Notes under the pieces: generated by a model
The model's input: the letters and a program-made list of their open reading frames with translations, nothing else
Told to the model about the DNA's origin: nothing
The model's database searches: none
Position numbers and translations under genes: made by a program
Virus record (IMG/VR): IMGVR_UViG_3300032272_000006
Span: 19,754-83,753 of that record
Direction: 5' to 3' (one strand)
DNA from: a virus
Taxonomy: Duplodnaviria > Caudoviricetes
DNA: 64,000 bases
Part shown: positions 55,391 to 63,601 of the stretch, in pieces
Numbering within the stretch: the first letter of the stretch is position 1
How the letters are laid out: each line of letters starts with the position of its first letter

Positions 55391-55608
55391 GGGCCCTCCG
55401 TTTCCTCCTGTTCATGGTCGCGGGTGCGGTGATTGCGTTCGTTCTCCTCACGCTCGCGGCCATGGGCGTCATCTTCACTGATGGCGAGGACGTGCTCAAA
55501 GCGTCGATCTCGACATGGGCACCCACGCACTATTTCTTCGCTGGGATCGCCTTCGCCGTCATCTATCCAGAAATCAAGCAAAGGATCAAGAAATGTCTAA
55601 ATGGGTAA
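55387..55608 (+). CDS. Small membrane protein
   Basis: Two hydrophobic segments. Confidence 0.55.
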   Translation: MRALRFLLFMVAGAVIAFVLLTLAAMGVIFTDGEDVLKASISTWAPTHYFFAGIAFAVIYPEIKQRIKKCLNG

Positions 55609-56165
55609 TGTTCGATCTCGAGACGCTCGGCGTTGGGCCGCACTCGGTCGTCGTATCAATCGGCGCCGCGCGCTTCAACGAGGTAGACGAACCTCGCGAC
55701 AAGATGGCATTGCTGCTCGACCTCGAAGAGCAAGACGGCCTCGGTCGCAAGATCGACCTCGGGACGGTCACTTGGTGGCTGAAACAAGACCAGAAGGCGC
55801 GGGACTGGAACTTCGACACGAACAATCGCTACCCGGTCGACGTTGCCCTGCGCGCCTTCACGACATTCTGCCAAGGCGCCGAATTGTTCTGGTGCCGCGG
55901 GACGACCTTCGACGTGGTCCTGCTCGAGGACCTGTTTAAACAGTACGGAATGAACGTGCCCTGGAAGTTCAATCAGGTGCGCGACGTCCGGTCGCTCGAT
56001 GAACTCGACGACGGCGGCGACTCGTTGGTCGGCGTCGTTGCCCATAAGCCCTTGGATGACTGCCTCATGCAGATCGCTCAGGTTCAACGTGTCTTTGGGC
56101 AGCCGCCCAAGCCAGACCGACTGGTTCCTCGCCTGTTCGAGGAATCCGTCCAACCAGGAGACTGA
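55593..56165 (+). CDS. DEDD 3'-5' exoribonuclease (Rv2179c-like)
   Basis: MFDLETLG, FDVVLL, VPWKFNQVRDVRS, HKPLDDC. Confidence 0.85.
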   Translation: MSKWVMFDLETLGVGPHSVVVSIGAARFNEVDEPRDKMALLLDLEEQDGLGRKIDLGTVTWWLKQDQKARDWNFDTNNRYPVDVALRAFTTFCQGAELFWCRGTTFDVVLLEDLFKQYGMNVPWKFNQVRDVRSLDELDDGGDSLVGVVAHKPLDDCLMQIAQVQRVFGQPPKPDRLVPRLFEESVQPGD

Positions 56166-56167
56166 AA

Positions 56168-56389
56168 ATGGCGAGCCAGATCCCCGTCCAGCTAGGCCTG
56201 GTCATTCAGCAACACCTCAGGGCCGAACTCGAAGCAGCAGCGGAGCCTATCGTTCAGGCAGCCATTGCTGACTTCAAGGCTGAGGTCCGGCGCCGGGTCG
56301 CGACGACCGTCCTTGCCGCTGTAGAAGGCGGCTACTCGATGGAACGCATGGGCCCGGACATTCGCATAACGGTGAGGATGCCAAAATGA
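56168..56389 (+). CDS. Hypothetical protein
   Basis: AGGAG RBS. Confidence 0.55.
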   Translation: MASQIPVQLGLVIQQHLRAELEAAAEPIVQAAIADFKAEVRRRVATTVLAAVEGGYSMERMGPDIRITVRMPK

Positions 56390-57024
56390 CCGAGCAGTTC
56401 GATTGGTGGTACTCGAACAACGAGGAGTCCTACCAGGGCCCATGCGGGTCGCGCGAAGAAGCGATCTCGACGGGCTTCCACGAGTATGGCGGCGAGGGCT
56501 GGCTTTACATCGTCGAGGCGACCCAGGCCGTCCCGGGCACGGACATCTTCGACTTCGACCGCGTGCTCGAGGACTTCGAGGAACGCAACGAGGAATGCTG
56601 GGGCGAGGATGGTCAACCTATTTCCGGTATCGAGTTCAAGGACAAGCGGCAGCTCGAGAACATGCTGTCCTATACCTTGCGCAACTACCTTGAGCGCAAT
56701 GGCGCCTTGCGGTCCTGGTCCTTCGGTCAGACGCGCAATGCGGAAACGATCAACATGGAGGCCGGCGGCTGGATCGAGTCGTTCTCCTTCCAGTCGATCA
56801 TGATCTCCGCATTCCGGTACGCCCTCGGTCGGAAGACATACGTTGTGTCCGAGACGGTCGGTGTCCTGATTGATCAGTGGGACCGGCTCGGTCACGCCCA
56901 AGACATCATCCTGAAAGAAATCCAGGACGCAATCGACGCCGGGACCTCGGGCATGGAAATGGACGTGGTGCAGTGGATGAAAATCCAGGCGCACGCTGAG
57001 GAGGCGAAGAATGCTAAGTCGTAG
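56386..57024 (+). CDS. Hypothetical acidic protein
   Basis: GAGG RBS; ATGA coupling. Confidence 0.6.
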   Translation: MTEQFDWWYSNNEESYQGPCGSREEAISTGFHEYGGEGWLYIVEATQAVPGTDIFDFDRVLEDFEERNEECWGEDGQPISGIEFKDKRQLENMLSYTLRNYLERNGALRSWSFGQTRNAETINMEAGGWIESFSFQSIMISAFRYALGRKTYVVSETVGVLIDQWDRLGHAQDIILKEIQDAIDAGTSGMEMDVVQWMKIQAHAEEAKNAKS

Positions 57025-57385
57025 ATTATTCCTCAAAGGAGCGGCATCGGTTGGCGCCGTCGTCGCAACAGCCGCCATGCTGCCTCGTCAGGTTCTCGCG
57101 AAGTTCTACGGGACGGCTCGTGTCCATGGTCGCATTGTTGAGTGTGGCTCGATCACCGAGCGTTGCAACTGGCCTGGTTGGGATGGGACCGCTATTCGGT
57201 CGTCCTACAAGTACAGCGTCGACCATGTCCGATATTATTTTCCGGAGGGCGAGATCAAGCGAGTGTGGCTCGACGGCCAGGAGGTCTCGTTCAACCAGCA
57301 GGGTCAAAGTGTCCGGTTCTACCATCTTGCCTTAGACCCGTTCGGCAATCGCGTCCCGGTCGCCACGGCGGAAATCGTCGCATGA
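57011..57385 (+). CDS. Protein with twin-arginine (Tat)-like signal peptide
   Basis: MLSRRLFLKGAASVGAVVATAAML...VLA. Confidence 0.6.
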   Translation: MLSRRLFLKGAASVGAVVATAAMLPRQVLAKFYGTARVHGRIVECGSITERCNWPGWDGTAIRSSYKYSVDHVRYYFPEGEIKRVWLDGQEVSFNQQGQSVRFYHLALDPFGNRVPVATAEIVA

Positions 57386-57597
57386 GGAAGGTTGACATAT
57401 ACGACGGCAAGTATACTTTCGTCATGACCGACGCCGGAACGATTGACCACGTCCTGCGACACGGCGAAGCGTGGCCTGCCGCAGATGACCTGACGGGCAT
57501 GGGCGTTGTCCTTGCGCTCGTCCAAGAGGTCGAAGAGAACCGTCAAGAAATAACTCGTCTCGAGGAAGAATTGTGCGATTTGAGGATTGATGGATGA
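57382..57597 (+). CDS. Hypothetical protein
   Basis: ATGA coupling. Confidence 0.55.
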   Translation: MRKVDIYDGKYTFVMTDAGTIDHVLRHGEAWPAADDLTGMGVVLALVQEVEENRQEITRLEEELCDLRIDG

Positions 57598-58121
57598 CCG
57601 CGACCATATCAGCAGACGGCTTGTACCGGTACGACCTAGTCCGCTACAACGGCAACCACAACCTGACCACGCCTTGCGTCTTCATCATGCTGAACCCGAG
57701 CACGGCGGACGCATCGAAAGACGACGCGACCATCCGTCGGTGCCGCGGCTATGCGGAATCGTGGGGCTATGGAAAGATGGTCGTGCTCAATTTGTTCGCC
57801 TTTCGCGCGACGAAACCCGAGGACCTCAAGGCCGCGGAAGACCCTATCGGCCCATTGACAGACGACTTCCTGCGCCGGTACCTCGAGTATGCAGTCAAGT
57901 GGAAAGGCCCGTTGATCTGCGCCTGGGGCACCCATGGGACGTTCATGGATCGCAACAAGGAGGTGCTCAATATCATCCGCCTGATGGGCGGGACGCCAAT
58001 GTGCTTGCGCACGACGAAGGACGGACATCCATCCCATCCTTTATATCTCCCGAAGAACCTCAAACCGTCGTTGTATGAGGGACCGAAGTTGCGCTATAGT
58101 AAGCGCATCAAATTGAAATAA
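57594..58121 (+). CDS. DUF1643-family protein
   Basis: YRYDL, FIMLNPSTAD, DDATIRRC, NLFAFRAT, ICAWG, GHPSHPLY. Confidence 0.9.
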   Translation: MTATISADGLYRYDLVRYNGNHNLTTPCVFIMLNPSTADASKDDATIRRCRGYAESWGYGKMVVLNLFAFRATKPEDLKAAEDPIGPLTDDFLRRYLEYAVKWKGPLICAWGTHGTFMDRNKEVLNIIRLMGGTPMCLRTTKDGHPSHPLYLPKNLKPSLYEGPKLRYSKRIKLK

Positions 58122-58133
58122 CGGACAAGCCAG

Positions 58134-58448
58134 ATGCCTACCTCAATTGAACTCGCCAAGCGCATGATGGAGCTGGACAAGACCCTCAAGAAGGATCTCG
58201 TCTCACTCGTCATGAAGCAGGAAGCGTACTCGCGCGAACTGGAGGCGAAGCTCGACGAGGCCCACGACGAGTTGCGGGAGGAGCGTATCGCTCGCATGGC
58301 TGCTGACTCATGCTATCGCCTCACCAAGCTTTGGTGGAAGCAGGCACAGGAGAAGTACCATCGTGCAATGTGGGAATACCATTCGGCCATGATGAAACTT
58401 TCCAAGCAAGAGGTCGAGGCAGCAGACAAGGAGTCGAAAGGTGAGTGA
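58134..58448 (+). CDS. Coiled-coil hypothetical protein
   Basis: Helical, charged ORF. Confidence 0.5.
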   Translation: MPTSIELAKRMMELDKTLKKDLVSLVMKQEAYSRELEAKLDEAHDELREERIARMAADSCYRLTKLWWKQAQEKYHRAMWEYHSAMMKLSKQEVEAADKESKGE

Positions 58449-58881
58449 AGCATCAGCATGGACGACTCTTCGCTCGCACCTCGTGGGCATGGACGGGCGC
58501 GTTCACATCCAACGGCTCGAGGACAAACTCACTGGCGGCATCCCGGACACGAATGTCTGCTGGAGTCGTGACACGCGACCTGGTATCGAATTCTGGTTGG
58601 AAGGAAAGTACGTTAAGGAATTGCCGAAGCGGCAGACGACCAAGGTCAAGGTTGACCTTCGCGCCGACCAGGCCCTATGGCTCGAGACACGTCAACGAGC
58701 GGGCGGCAAAGCCTTCGTCTGGATCCGCGTTGCGGATTACGGATGGCTCCTGTTCGACTCGCGCTTTCGCTCGCTTCAAGACGGCATCGTGCTGTCTGAC
58801 TTCATCAACGAACCTGTCTACCCGACGTGCAAGGCGATGGTGCAGGCACTGAAGGTGTTCTTAATCTCGGAGCCTATTTAA
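58441..58881 (+). CDS. PD-(D/E)xK nuclease (Holliday junction resolvase / VRR-NUC-like)
   Basis: RLED...GGIPDTNVC...FWLEGK...QALW. Confidence 0.75.
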   Translation: MSEASAWTTLRSHLVGMDGRVHIQRLEDKLTGGIPDTNVCWSRDTRPGIEFWLEGKYVKELPKRQTTKVKVDLRADQALWLETRQRAGGKAFVWIRVADYGWLLFDSRFRSLQDGIVLSDFINEPVYPTCKAMVQALKVFLISEPI

Positions 58882-58893
58882 TAGTTTCTTAAC
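58878..58893. promoter_or_regulatory. Isolated perfect CtrA-type box
   Basis: TTAA-TAGTTTC-TTAAC, with more TTAA half-sites at 58861 and 58895. Confidence 0.5.
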
Positions 58894-58937
58894 CTTAACA
58901 TGAAAGGATGCTGCCTTTGTAGATTTGGAGTAGTAGA

Positions 58938-59201
58938 ATGGCAACCTTTCAACCCGTCACAGGACTTCTAGCACGATTAGGAGACGACCATCATGTCTAC
59001 GGCGACCCCTACACAGCGACTTGCGTTATCGTTGCCCTTCCTGGGCAGCATGGCTGCTGCACCGTTGTGGGTCTTTCAGGAAAGATCAATGGTCGGCTTG
59101 TTCGCGGAATGATGCAACAGTTTATGAATGAGTATGGCTACCGAATAACGGAATGGGAGCGTTCCAAAAGCGGAGTCATGCTACCAAGGAGTTACAAATG
59201 A
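58938..59201 (+). CDS. Hypothetical protein
   Basis: GGAG RBS. Confidence 0.55.
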   Translation: MATFQPVTGLLARLGDDHHVYGDPYTATCVIVALPGQHGCCTVVGLSGKINGRLVRGMMQQFMNEYGYRITEWERSKSGVMLPRSYK

Positions 59202-59629
59202 TAGACCGTCCCGAACTGGAACGACTGCTCGAGGCAGCGAAGGGCCACGTCATGACGCCGCGCGAGATATGGCTTCAGCGGGTCTCGTTCGTCTACGGAC
59301 AGTTGATGGAGGTGCCGAACGTCACGCGCGAGCACGTCGAGCAGGCAGCCGTTGACCAGTACGGACCTTGCCCGGCCCTCGATCCGACGGATGAGGACTA
59401 CGACGACATGCTCCACGCGATGGGGCAACCCAAGCTGCCGATCTTTGACGAGGTGTACCGAAATTACTACTGCTGCGCCGCCGACTCCGATCAGTCGCGC
59501 AGGTTCGAGGCGCTCGGCTGCTGGGACTTCGTGCGCTACATCAACGAGCACCGAGGCGATCTCAAGGACGCGATCTACGAGGTCAACGGCATGGGGAAAC
59601 AAGCCCTAGAAAGATGGATGAAGAAATGA
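59198..59629 (+). CDS. Hypothetical protein
   Basis: AAGGAG RBS. Confidence 0.6.
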   Translation: MIDRPELERLLEAAKGHVMTPREIWLQRVSFVYGQLMEVPNVTREHVEQAAVDQYGPCPALDPTDEDYDDMLHAMGQPKLPIFDEVYRNYYCCAADSDQSRRFEALGCWDFVRYINEHRGDLKDAIYEVNGMGKQALERWMKK

Positions 59630-60225
59630 ACACTGACAAGGTACTCGACCTCGACTCATTGCGCGAACGTGGCGCACGTCCCCGCGTCCACGGCAACGGC
59701 TTCATTCAGCTTGACCTGACCGACCGGTTGCGCCTGCACGTATGGGGCGACCCGGACATCCCGCGTCAGACGACGCGCTCTCCTGTTCACGACCACGTCT
59801 TCTCGTTCACCAGCCACATAATCGTTGGGCGGATGGTCAACGTCGTCTACGATGCGTTCGAGAACGCTCACGGTGACTACCTCGTCCATACCCCTCGGAT
59901 ACGTCGAGGAGAAGACAGCATCCTCGTGCCTACGGAGGAGCGCGTGACGATCTTCCCACGTTCGGTCAACTTGATCGAGCAGGGAACGTCGAAGCGTCGG
60001 TACCCGATGCCCGCCTTCCACTATCACGAGACCCTGACCGACGGGCCCTCGGCAACAATCATCGAGAAGGACGGCCCGACACAAGCACAGGGCGCCGAGG
60101 CCCTCCCGCGCGTCCTCGTTCCTTTCGGCGTGGAGCCTGACAACGAGTTCGACCGCTACGATTGCGCGACACCCGACCAGCTGTGGACGATCATCGACCG
60201 CGTTCTGGCCCTCAGAAAGTCATAG
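59626..60225 (+). CDS. Cupin-like protein
   Basis: RLHVW...HDHVFSFTSHIIVG...YHET. Confidence 0.6.
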   Translation: MNTDKVLDLDSLRERGARPRVHGNGFIQLDLTDRLRLHVWGDPDIPRQTTRSPVHDHVFSFTSHIIVGRMVNVVYDAFENAHGDYLVHTPRIRRGEDSILVPTEERVTIFPRSVNLIEQGTSKRRYPMPAFHYHETLTDGPSATIIEKDGPTQAQGAEALPRVLVPFGVEPDNEFDRYDCATPDQLWTIIDRVLALRKS

Positions 60226-60281
60226 ACACGGACGACGCCATACGATAAAGTTAGCGGATCAATGAAGCAACGGAGACGATC

Positions 60282-61520
60282 ATGACCAAGACCGCTTACC
60301 TCTTCGACGACACGCAGAAGAACCCAATCAAGGCGTGGGTTCACGGTGTGCCGGTTGCCCATAACGCAATCGAACAGGCCCGGGCAACGGCGTCGATGCC
60401 TTTCATCTATAAGCACGTCGCGCTGATGCCAGACGTCCACCTCGGTTATGGCGCGACGGTCGGCTCCGTGATCCCAACCCAAGGCGCGATCATCCCAGCA
60501 GCCGTCGGCGTGGACATTGGCTGCGGCATGATGGCTGTCCGGACGAACATCACCGCGAACGAATTGCCGGACAGCTTGGTTGGCATGCGGACGGCAATCG
60601 AGGCCGCAATCCCGCATGGGCGAACGAACAACGGCATGCCAGGCGACCGCGGCGCGTGGGGCAATGCTCCCGCGCACGTCGAGGCGTCGTTTGAGTCCCT
60701 GAGTCGTGGCATGCAGACGATCATGGAGAAGCATCCTAAGATCGTGCGCCTCGGTTCGGCCCTTCACCGAAGCCTGAACCATATGGGCACGCTCGGTACC
60801 GGCAATCATTTTGTCGAGGTGTGCCTTGACGAGTCGGACGAGGTGTGGATCATGCTGCACTCAGGCTCCCGCGGCATCGGTAACGCAATCGGCTCCTACT
60901 TCATCAACCTGGCGAAGGAGGACATGCGGAAGTGGTTCATCAACCTGCCCGAGGCCGACCTCGCCTACCTGCCCGAGGGCACTGAGCACTTCGACGACTA
61001 CCGCACCGCGGTATCCTGGGCCCAGGCGTTCGCGCTCATGAACCGGGAGATCATGATGAAGGCCGCAACGAAAGCGGTCGCCTCGATCATGAAGCGAGAC
61101 ATTCGCACGAATGAGGTAGCGGTCAATTGCCATCATAACTACATCGACAAGGAGAACCACTTCGGACAGAACGTCTGGGTCACGCGCAAGGGAGCCGTCC
61201 GCGCTCGCAAAGGCGATCTCGGAATCATCCCAGGATCCATGGGCGCCCGGTCCTTCATCGTCGAAGGCCTCGGTGAGGCACAGTCATTCCATTCTTGTTC
61301 GCACGGTGCCGGACGTGTTATGTCCCGCACCCAGGCCCACAAGACGTTCTCGGTCGAGCAGCACATTGCAGCCACCGAGGGCGTCGAGTGCAAGAAGGAC
61401 GACTCGGTCATTGACGAGACGCCCGCGGCCTACAAAGACATCGACGCGGTCATGGCAGCACAGTCAGACCTCGTCAAGGTAAAGCACACGTTGAAGCAAG
61501 TCGTCTGCGTGAAGGGATAG
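60282..61520 (+). CDS. rtcB: RNA ligase RtcB
   Basis: MPDVH, VGVDIGCG, GTLGTGNHFVE, HSGSRG, CHHNY, SHGAGR, DETPAAYKDI. Confidence 0.96.
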   Translation: MTKTAYLFDDTQKNPIKAWVHGVPVAHNAIEQARATASMPFIYKHVALMPDVHLGYGATVGSVIPTQGAIIPAAVGVDIGCGMMAVRTNITANELPDSLVGMRTAIEAAIPHGRTNNGMPGDRGAWGNAPAHVEASFESLSRGMQTIMEKHPKIVRLGSALHRSLNHMGTLGTGNHFVEVCLDESDEVWIMLHSGSRGIGNAIGSYFINLAKEDMRKWFINLPEADLAYLPEGTEHFDDYRTAVSWAQAFALMNREIMMKAATKAVASIMKRDIRTNEVAVNCHHNYIDKENHFGQNVWVTRKGAVRARKGDLGIIPGSMGARSFIVEGLGEAQSFHSCSHGAGRVMSRTQAHKTFSVEQHIAATEGVECKKDDSVIDETPAAYKDIDAVMAAQSDLVKVKHTLKQVVCVKG

Positions 61521-61526
61521 AATTGT

Positions 61527-61612
61527 GGGAAGGGCCGGACGTTGGATTCGGCGCGGCAACAAGGAATACTAGTTGACCGGTTGCTGGGGAGGTTCGACTC
61601 CTCCCCTTCCCA
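61527..61612 (+). ncRNA. tRNA-like RNA with canonical acceptor, D and T arms but an aberrant anticodon arm
   Basis: GGGAAGG/CCTTCCC acceptor; D stem with TGG loop; GGAGG-TTCGACT-CCTCC T arm; no 7-nt anticodon loop; no encoded CCA. Confidence 0.65.
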
Positions 61613-61623
61613 GGACGTTTAAA

Positions 61624-61699
61624 CAGGGCGTAGCTCAGTCGGTAGAGTGCCGGGTTTGGAACCTGGAGGCCGTAGGTTCGAGTCCTACCGCCCTGACCA
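61624..61699 (+). tRNA. tRNA-Pro(TGG)
   Basis: Full cloverleaf: CAGGGCG/CGCCCTG; CCGGG-TT TGG AA-CCTGG; GTAGG-TTCGAGT-CCTAC; ends ACCA. Confidence 0.95.
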
Positions 61700-61714
61700 A
61701 CAAAGGAAGTAGCA

Positions 61715-62584
61715 TTGGGTCTCGTCTACGTCGCTTTTAATTTAGTCAATGGCAAGACCTACGTCGGGCAGACGTTAGGAACCCTTGACGCGCGGAAGTC
61801 GTGCCATAAGTCAGAAGCGCTCAACAACAAGACGGGAATGATATTCCACAAAGCGATCCGTAAGTACGGCTTCGACGCTTTCGAGTGGGAGGTGATCGTT
61901 GAGTATTCGCGGGACTTCATCCAACAGACCCACGTTGACTCTGATCCACGACTCGCATGCTTACCCAACGACGACAAGCAAGAAGTGATTTCCAAGTTCG
62001 AGGTTGCTTTGACAAACTCAGCCGAGAAGCTTGGCATCGAGACGCTGAACTCCCTCGCCGGAGGCAACGGTTACAATCTTTTCACCGGCGGCGACAATCG
62101 AAAGATGAGCAAGGAACAGCACGCGCGCCATATGGAAAAGGTTCAACGTGAGGACTACCTCGTTGCCCTTCGTGCAGGTGTCAAGGCGAGTTATGAAAGA
62201 GCCGGCCCTGAGCACAAGAAAGCTCGAGATGCTGCTATCGCGAAGGCGAATACCAAGCGGTCGGGTCTAAGGACGAAGGTTCACGGTATCGAATACGCGA
62301 GCCGGGGAGACGCGGCACGGGCCCTAGGAATATCGTCCGCCCTCCTAGGACACCGATTGAAGTCAGACCGCTATCCTGCCTATATCATGGTCGAAGAGGC
62401 ATCGGAAGAGTACAAGGAAAACCTGCGCCGTCACGTTCGCAAGGCCTTAACACCCGAGAATCATGCCAAGCGAGTAGAAGGCATAAAACGTCACTGGAGC
62501 AATTTGAACGAAGAAGAATATGCTACTCGATGCGCCGCCGGTCGACGCATAAATCCAATTCTCAAAGGAGAAGGCAATGACTAA
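61715..62584 (+). mobile_element. Free-standing GIY-YIG homing endonuclease
   Basis: LVYVAFNLVNGKTYVGQT, HKAIRKYG, GYNL; TTG start with AAGGA RBS. Confidence 0.85.
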
Positions 62585-63185
62585 GAAGTTTCAGGAACCC
62601 ATGACGAACAGCGACGGCAGCAAGCGCCTCGGCCTCACGTCGAAGGACAGCAACCCGAAGGACGGCGTGGGCGTCAAGAAGTGGCGGCAATTCTGCTGCG
62701 TCCCGTTCACCGTCGTTTGGGAACTCGGTGTCGCGATGCTCGAGGGCGCCATGAAGTACGGTCGCCATAACTATCGAGTGTCGGGCGTCCGCGCTTCCAT
62801 TTACGTCGAGGCGGCGCGAGGTCATATCGACTGCTACTGGGAAGGCGAAGACACCGACCCGGACAGTGGGCTTCCGCATATCGTCAAGGCCATGGCATCA
62901 CTCGCCGTCCTGCGCGATGCGCAAATCCAAGGCCGGTACGTCGATGACCGCCCGCCCAAGACGGACATCACCGAAATCTCGGAAAGGCTCCAAGGCATCG
63001 TGGATGAGCTGTTCGAGAAATATCCCGATCCCATCCCACCTTACGTCGAAGGAGATCAGTACACGGACGAGGAACGCGCCTGGAAGCTGTATTGCCAGGA
63101 GACGGCGGGAGACATGGACGTCAAAGACTTCTGGTCAGAATTAACGCCGAAGATTCAGAAACTCTATCTTGAAAAGGTAACCTAA
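62577..63185 (+). CDS. dATP/dGTP diphosphohydrolase-domain protein (DUF5664-like)
   Basis: NPKD...AMLEGAMKYGRHNY...GEDTDPDSGLPHI. Confidence 0.85.
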   Translation: MTKKFQEPMTNSDGSKRLGLTSKDSNPKDGVGVKKWRQFCCVPFTVVWELGVAMLEGAMKYGRHNYRVSGVRASIYVEAARGHIDCYWEGEDTDPDSGLPHIVKAMASLAVLRDAQIQGRYVDDRPPKTDITEISERLQGIVDELFEKYPDPIPPYVEGDQYTDEERAWKLYCQETAGDMDVKDFWSELTPKIQKLYLEKVT

Positions 63186-63601
63186 TGGACATGACGAAAT
63201 ATGCCAAGTTCGTGGAGATTGGCAACTTCACAGAGAGCCCGCGAGACGCGCGCTTCCTATCCGCGATGGGTCTGTCTGGGGAAACGGCTGAGGTCGCAGC
63301 GCTGACCGAGCAGATGATCACGGCTCACCTTGCCACAACGTCACTTGCCATCCGTGGCGGCAATGTCGCTGACATTCTCAAGAAGCATCTGCTTCATGGG
63401 AAATTTCTTGACAAGGAAGCCCTGGTCAAGGAACTCGGCGACGTTATGTGGTATGTCCAGCACACCTGCAACGTGTTCGGGATCGAGTTCGCGTCGGTCA
63501 TCGACTCGAACGTCGCCAAATTGTGCGACCGATACCCCGACCGATATGGGAAGGCGGAGGACTACGGTGTCACGTCGCGTCCGGGATCGGGTGCCAGATG
63601 A
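63185..63601 (+). CDS. MazG-like nucleotide pyrophosphohydrolase
   Basis: GLSGETAEV...KELGDVMWY...NVAKL..RYP. Confidence 0.85.
   Translation: MDMTKYAKFVEIGNFTESPRDARFLSAMGLSGETAEVAALTEQMITAHLATTSLAIRGGNVADILKKHLLHGKFLDKEALVKELGDVMWYVQHTCNVFGIEFASVIDSNVAKLCDRYPDRYGKAEDYGVTSRPGSGAR

Larger units (their letters stand above)
537..61624. repeat. Dispersed palindrome GTTTAAAC (consensus YGTTTAAACR), 19 copies seen
   Basis: Start positions 537, 7850, 10131, 13991, 19446, 19776, 20648, 21186, 22341, 27737, 32573, 35671, 39085, 41208, 48270, 50051, 50947, 55934, 61617. Confidence 0.9.

Noticed and set aside
61527-61612. tRNA-Sec or amber-suppressor tRNA
   Set aside because: An 8/5 stem and GGTTCGACTCC are suggestive, but there is no TCA anticodon loop or long variable arm, and the CTA triplet is not in a U33-containing 7-nt loop
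62577-63185. Z-genome (2-aminoadenine) system suggested by DUF5664 and HD proteins
   Set aside because: No purZ in the window, and the modification genes point to 7-deazaguanine
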